Assembly (NCBI GenBank): GCA_021803245.1
Contig: JAJZLT010000016.1
Location: 1 to 63,098, forward strand
Source: Candidatus Micrarchaeota archaeon
Lineage (GTDB): Archaea > Micrarchaeota > Micrarchaeia > Micrarchaeales > CABMGC01
DNA: 63,098 nt
Reading direction: 5' to 3'
Shown here: in pieces, positions 59,238-63,098 of the stretch
How positions within the stretch are numbered: position 1 is the first letter of the stretch
Layout of the letters: every line of letters starts with the position of its first letter
Notes under the pieces: generated by a model
What the model was told of the DNA's origin: nothing
Database searches by the model: none
Seen by the model: only the letters and a program-made list of their open reading frames with translations
Program-made: the position numbers and the translations under genes

Positions 59238-59281
59238 CGCACAAGTATAAATTTTTCATTGTATACCAAATAAGTGTTCGC

Positions 59282-60376
59282 ATGCAGGAATCAATCTTGT
59301 ATAGCAGGATAAAACGCGTGCTTAGCCTGTGCGACGGCGTGGACAAGATACTGATAGCCAATACAAATGGCATGGACCCCAATTTCCTCTATTTCACAGG
59401 ATTTGCAAGCGGGCTGTTCGAATATAGTTATCTGATACTTGGCAATGAAGGTGCCAAGCTTATAACTTCAAAGCTCGAATATGAGACTGCAAAAGAGCAG
59501 GCTGTTCCGGGGCTGGAGGTCCTGAACTTCGACGAGTATGAACAAGGGCGTAGGTTCGTTGAGGCGGAGCTCTCAGGAAAGACCATAGGAATAAACGGCG
59601 CTTTCCTTCCATATAACTCTTACAACTCAATAGAAGAGCGTTACAGGCCAGGCAGGCTCGTTGATATCTCCAGAAGCCTTGCACAGGCCAGGCTTGTTAA
59701 GGATGATGAGGAGATAGGGAGCATAAGGAAAGCGGTAAACATAACAAAATGGGCAATGGTATTAATACAGAAAGAGCTGAAGGAAGGAGTGACTGAGATA
59801 GAAATTGCTTCAAAATTCGACAGCATTTCAGGGTCTCTTGGATCCAAAGAGCCATCGTTCAGCACTATAGTCTGCTTCGGCAAGAATGCTGCACTTCCGC
59901 ATCACTCTCCTGACAGCACAACGCTTAAATATGGAGATATAGTGCTGATAGATGCAGGGGCCAAGATAAACAACTACTGCTCGGATATAACAAGAACCAT
60001 TATTTTTGGTGACGACAAGGAAAAGATAGACGATTACATCAGGAAGGAAGATATGATAAGAACGGTAAAGGAGGCGCAGCTGGCTGCAATACGGGCTATA
60101 AAGGCAGGCGTAAAGGGCAAAGTAATACATAACATTGCAAGTGAATATATAGATACGGCCAGAGGAGGAGTGTACAAAGGCACATTTATACATTCTCTTG
60201 GCCATTCAGTAGGATTGGAGGTGCATGATGGGCCGGGCTTTTCACCGCTTGCTGAACAGGAAGTGGAAAAGAACATGGTGATTACTGTAGAACCAGGCAT
60301 ATACCTGCCTGGTTTCGGAGGAGCACGCATAGAAGATGATGTGCTTATAACAGAGAATGGAGCCGAAATACTGTGA
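59282..60376 (+). CDS. Xaa-Pro peptidase (M24 family)
   Basis: NFLYFTG, RLVKDDEE, ALPHH, YCSDITRT, HSLGHSVGLEVHD, TVEPGIY, RIEDDV. Confidence 0.95.
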   Translation: MQESILYSRIKRVLSLCDGVDKILIANTNGMDPNFLYFTGFASGLFEYSYLILGNEGAKLITSKLEYETAKEQAVPGLEVLNFDEYEQGRRFVEAELSGKTIGINGAFLPYNSYNSIEERYRPGRLVDISRSLAQARLVKDDEEIGSIRKAVNITKWAMVLIQKELKEGVTEIEIASKFDSISGSLGSKEPSFSTIVCFGKNAALPHHSPDSTTLKYGDIVLIDAGAKINNYCSDITRTIIFGDDKEKIDDYIRKEDMIRTVKEAQLAAIRAIKAGVKGKVIHNIASEYIDTARGGVYKGTFIHSLGHSVGLEVHDGPGFSPLAEQEVEKNMVITVEPGIYLPGFGGARIEDDVLITENGAEIL

Positions 60377-60691
60377 CATCCTCCCACCCGTTAACGGCAT
60401 GGGCTTCCCGAACTAAACAACGATGATATTATGAATGAAAAAGTTTATATGCCTTTCAGGCAAAATCATACTATACGCTGGGACACAGCGGAATCCGAAA
60501 GGATAAATTTCGTAGATGGGAACATAAGACGTGGAATCCAACCATGCAAATCCGATGAAGCGAGAACATACCGAACTAAACAACGATATGAAGTCATAGC
60601 CTCCGATGGTATAAGGAGGCATCTTACTTCTCTGCAGTTCGCTTTCATCCCACCGCTAAAGCGTGTGGGATTTCCCGCTCACTTTGTTAAA
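60374..60691 (+). mobile_element. Non-autonomous IS200/IS605-like element (no tnpA or tnpB)
   Basis: Related imperfect hairpins at both ends (CATCCTCCCACCCGTTAACGGCATGGGCTTCCCG; CATCCCACCGCTAAAGCGTGTGGGATTTCCCG); internal exact 17-bp repeat; boundaries approximate. Confidence 0.6.
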
Positions 60692-60693
60692 CT

Positions 60694-60766
60694 GGGGAGT
60701 TAGGCTAGTCTGGCAGGCTTCCAGATTCGGGTTCTGGAGACTCGTGTTCAAATCACGAACTCCCCG
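60694..60766 (+). tRNA. tRNA-Pro (CGG)
   Basis: Same body as the tRNA at 34293; anticodon arm CCAGA-TTCGGGT-TCTGG. Confidence 0.95.
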
Positions 60767-60795
60767 TTTTTATTTGCCTTTTTATTACGAAGCGC

Positions 60796-61605
60796 TTAGA
60801 GCTTTGAGTACTCTGATGGTTTGGCTTTCTTTAATGTCAGCTTGTAAATGTAAGATGTGCAGGCCTGCCACCACGATGCTGAGAAATCAGCAAGTATGAA
60901 AATTATTGGAAGGACGTACCATGCCGAAGGAGTTCCGGCTAACAGGCCTTCGACTATTACAGCAACAGCTAGAGGCAGGGAAACTGCCACATTTACAGAC
61001 ATTACAGAAAGCGATTGCCCGCTTAGAAAGAGCCAGCTTCTGTTCAGCGCCTTGTCTCTTTTGACATTCTTGTCATGAAGAAAGTTCACTGCAATAGAGG
61101 AATCAAGGTTCAATATGTAAAGCATCAGCGTTACAACGAAGACCAGGAGAAAGGCAATAGCGTAAAGCAGGCTTGAGCTCAGGCTTTTTGCCAGCACAAG
61201 AAGTATCAGGAAGAACGCCGGTACCAGCGGCTCAAGATAGATAAGTGAAATCACCATCGAGTCAGTGTAACCTGCTGCGGCTGAACCCGTGACTCTTGAT
61301 TTGGAGGCGGCAGCGAGGGGAGCGGCTATGAATATCTCAAGAACAAAGAATGCCAGAGTGTACAGAATAATGTGCAATAATGATGAAGAGCGCAGCAGAG
61401 CGAATGCATAAAACGCAAAAATAATGCTCCCAGGTATGTTAAGAATAAAGGATGAAGGCTTCGAGGCTGCCAGCTTTATCCCATTCCAGACAGAATCTGC
61501 AGAAGAGATGTTCGGAGCTACTATGCGCGTGCTGTCAAGCTCGCTTACATCCTCGCTGAAGGTATGCTCGGTTATCTTTTTCCTCTCAGCTTCTGTTATT
61601 GGCAT
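60796..61605 (-). CDS. Polytopic membrane protein of unknown function
   Basis: 269 aa, about 6 TM helices. Confidence 0.7.
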   Translation of the reverse strand: MPITEAERKKITEHTFSEDVSELDSTRIVAPNISSADSVWNGIKLAASKPSSFILNIPGSIIFAFYAFALLRSSSLLHIILYTLAFFVLEIFIAAPLAAASKSRVTGSAAAGYTDSMVISLIYLEPLVPAFFLILLVLAKSLSSSLLYAIAFLLVFVVTLMLYILNLDSSIAVNFLHDKNVKRDKALNRSWLFLSGQSLSVMSVNVAVSLPLAVAVIVEGLLAGTPSAWYVLPIIFILADFSASWWQACTSYIYKLTLKKAKPSEYSKL

Positions 61606-61617
61606 TTTATCTTTCTA

Positions 61618-62022
61618 TTATTTGTCAAGCGGCAGAACGATAGTAGGCTTGTTTGATGAAGTACTGCCTGCTTTAGTTCCTACGTACTTTACCGCTGTGC
61701 CTATCGCCGTTACTTCCATCCAGCTGCCCATTGGTATTACGCTTAGCTTGACTTCCACTACACCATCAGCGCCAAGCTTGGCAGCTTCGTCCTTCATCCT
61801 TCCAAGGGCAAGCTCTCTTGCATTGTACATAAGCTCGGTTATCTGGGGAACCTCTCCCTTTGACATGCCTTTCATAGCGCTTCCGAGGCCGCCGACCACC
61901 CCCATGCTGTATACTGAATTTCCCAATACAAGGCCCAGAGGCATCCAGCCTTTATCCATCAGCAGCCAGAAATCCGCTGTACTGAGATCGCTTGTAAACA
62001 CATTGTTGTTTGTAGAAGCCAT
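61618..62022 (-). CDS. YbjQ/UPF0145-like (putative heavy-metal-binding) protein
   Basis: FTSDLS, LGLVLGNSV, YNARELALGRMKDEAAKLGADGVV, AIGTAV. Confidence 0.85.
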   Translation of the reverse strand: MASTNNNVFTSDLSTADFWLLMDKGWMPLGLVLGNSVYSMGVVGGLGSAMKGMSKGEVPQITELMYNARELALGRMKDEAAKLGADGVVEVKLSVIPMGSWMEVTAIGTAVKYVGTKAGSTSSNKPTIVLPLDK

Positions 62023-62088
62023 ACTTATACCCAGTTGATATTTGTTATACAGCTTTAAATATATTCCTCATCTATTATCCTTGATAGC

Positions 62089-62661
62089 ATGCCCTCCCTT
62101 TTAAGAGCTGTTTTGGCAGGATTTGGAACACTGCTCTTGATAAGTGGCCTTGTTGCGATCTCCGCGCAGGCATGGCTGGCAGGCTTAATCCTTCTTTTTT
62201 TTGGAGTCGTGCTTTTGTATGTTGGATTCGCACTGTACGTAGCACCTAATTTCAGATCCCTATATACGCGGACATCCAGAGTGCAGATGCAGCAGTACAG
62301 AATGCATAGAGCCGGCAGCTTTTCAGGCTACGGCAATTTTCAAAGCCCGGGAACGCTGAACTCCTATCAAAATCAATTTCAAAATCAGGGTGTTGTGGGA
62401 CAGAGGAGCGGATTCGGCATCGGCGCTTCAGGAATGCAGAATAGAAGAAAGAGTGCGTGGATTATACTTATAATAGGGGTTCTTTTTCTTGTATTTGGCT
62501 ATGCGATTGGAGCATGGATTTCGTTTATTTACGGATTGATACTGACTTATTCTGGCATAAGGCTTTTGGGTAATCCTGGAGCCAGCCTCAACTACAGGCA
62601 GGTCCGAATGAATATGGCCCCGATAGTTCCTGCAGCAAGCCAGGACGATGGGCTGGGTTAA
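62089..62661 (+). CDS. Membrane protein with Q/G/N-rich low-complexity loop
   Basis: 190 aa; two TM pairs separated by a Gln/Gly/Asn-rich linker. Confidence 0.65.
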   Translation: MPSLLRAVLAGFGTLLLISGLVAISAQAWLAGLILLFFGVVLLYVGFALYVAPNFRSLYTRTSRVQMQQYRMHRAGSFSGYGNFQSPGTLNSYQNQFQNQGVVGQRSGFGIGASGMQNRRKSAWIILIIGVLFLVFGYAIGAWISFIYGLILTYSGIRLLGNPGASLNYRQVRMNMAPIVPAASQDDGLG

Positions 62662-62803
62662 TCTGGTAGGATGCGATTAAGCCGCAGGATCATTTACAGT
62701 TTATTCCAGATGCAGCTTTTTGCCATGAAGAACTTCAATTAAGAAGTAATTAAAAAGAAAAGAAAATAATAAATAAAATAATAAGTTTTGAGCTTAAGTA
62801 GAT

Positions 62804-62980
62804 TCAGGCTTCCTTTATGGCTGCTTTTACCTTTGCTGCAAGAGGCGCGTCTATGTTGGTTATGTTATGCGCTTTCCTTGCGTGGTTTGCCACCTTCTTC
62901 ATGAGAGCGTCCTCATTGCTCGCCTGGGCCTCGAATCCGCAGTCCATCCCGATGTCTTTGCATGCAAATTTTTTGGACAT
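62804..62980 (-). CDS. DUF1059-like small metal-binding protein
   Basis: Start ATG 62980; FACKDIGMDCGFEAQASNEDALMKKVANHARKAH. Confidence 0.85.
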   Translation of the reverse strand: MSKKFACKDIGMDCGFEAQASNEDALMKKVANHARKAHNITNIDAPLAAKVKAAIKEA

Positions 62981-63098
62981 TTTTACACCACTAAGCCCTA
63001 TGGTATTTGGTTTATAAATAGCAATGCCTGCTTGTGGAAGCGTATTTATTGCTTCCGATTTTGCAAAAGCATAAATAAGCAGTATTGTTGGCTTCATT

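Noticed and set aside
60408..60587. 17-bp direct repeat as a mini CRISPR array
   Set aside because: Only two copies 163 bp apart, repeat too short, and no cas genes in the window
60431..60703. 90-aa ORF inside the IS-like element
   Set aside because: Runs into the tRNA and has no TnpA or TnpB motifs; treated as non-coding

Overview
Archaeal chromosomal window; gene content (top6B, eIF2-gamma, Rps6e, Rpl40e, Cdc48, RpoE'/Spt4, archaeal GluRS, NreA, TATA-type promoters) and compact layout suggest a DPANN, probably Micrarchaeota-like, archaeon (inference). The main feature is a ~17 kb + strand locus (4614-21693) resembling an expanded type-IV-secretion/Ced-like machine: six tandem CedA/VirB6-like membrane paralogues, two membrane-anchored VirB4-N-domain-like paralogues, a VirB4/CedB/HerA-type ATPase, a free-standing copy of that ATPase's C-terminal domain, a coiled-coil/winged-helix protein and a large surface glycoprotein. 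It is divergent from three ankyrin-repeat genes (candidate effectors) next to tRNA-His. The rest is mostly housekeeping. Smaller observations: an 11-bp-phased TCATG array before a wHTH gene, an AbiE-like toxin-antitoxin pair bracketed by a duplicated tRNA-Pro 3' end, a transposase-less IS200/IS605-like mini-element beside the second tRNA-Pro, a partial arginine operon with two ACT proteins and a likely ATA start codon, and three small ORFs missed by the ORF track. Family assignments come from recognising motifs by eye; no searches were run.
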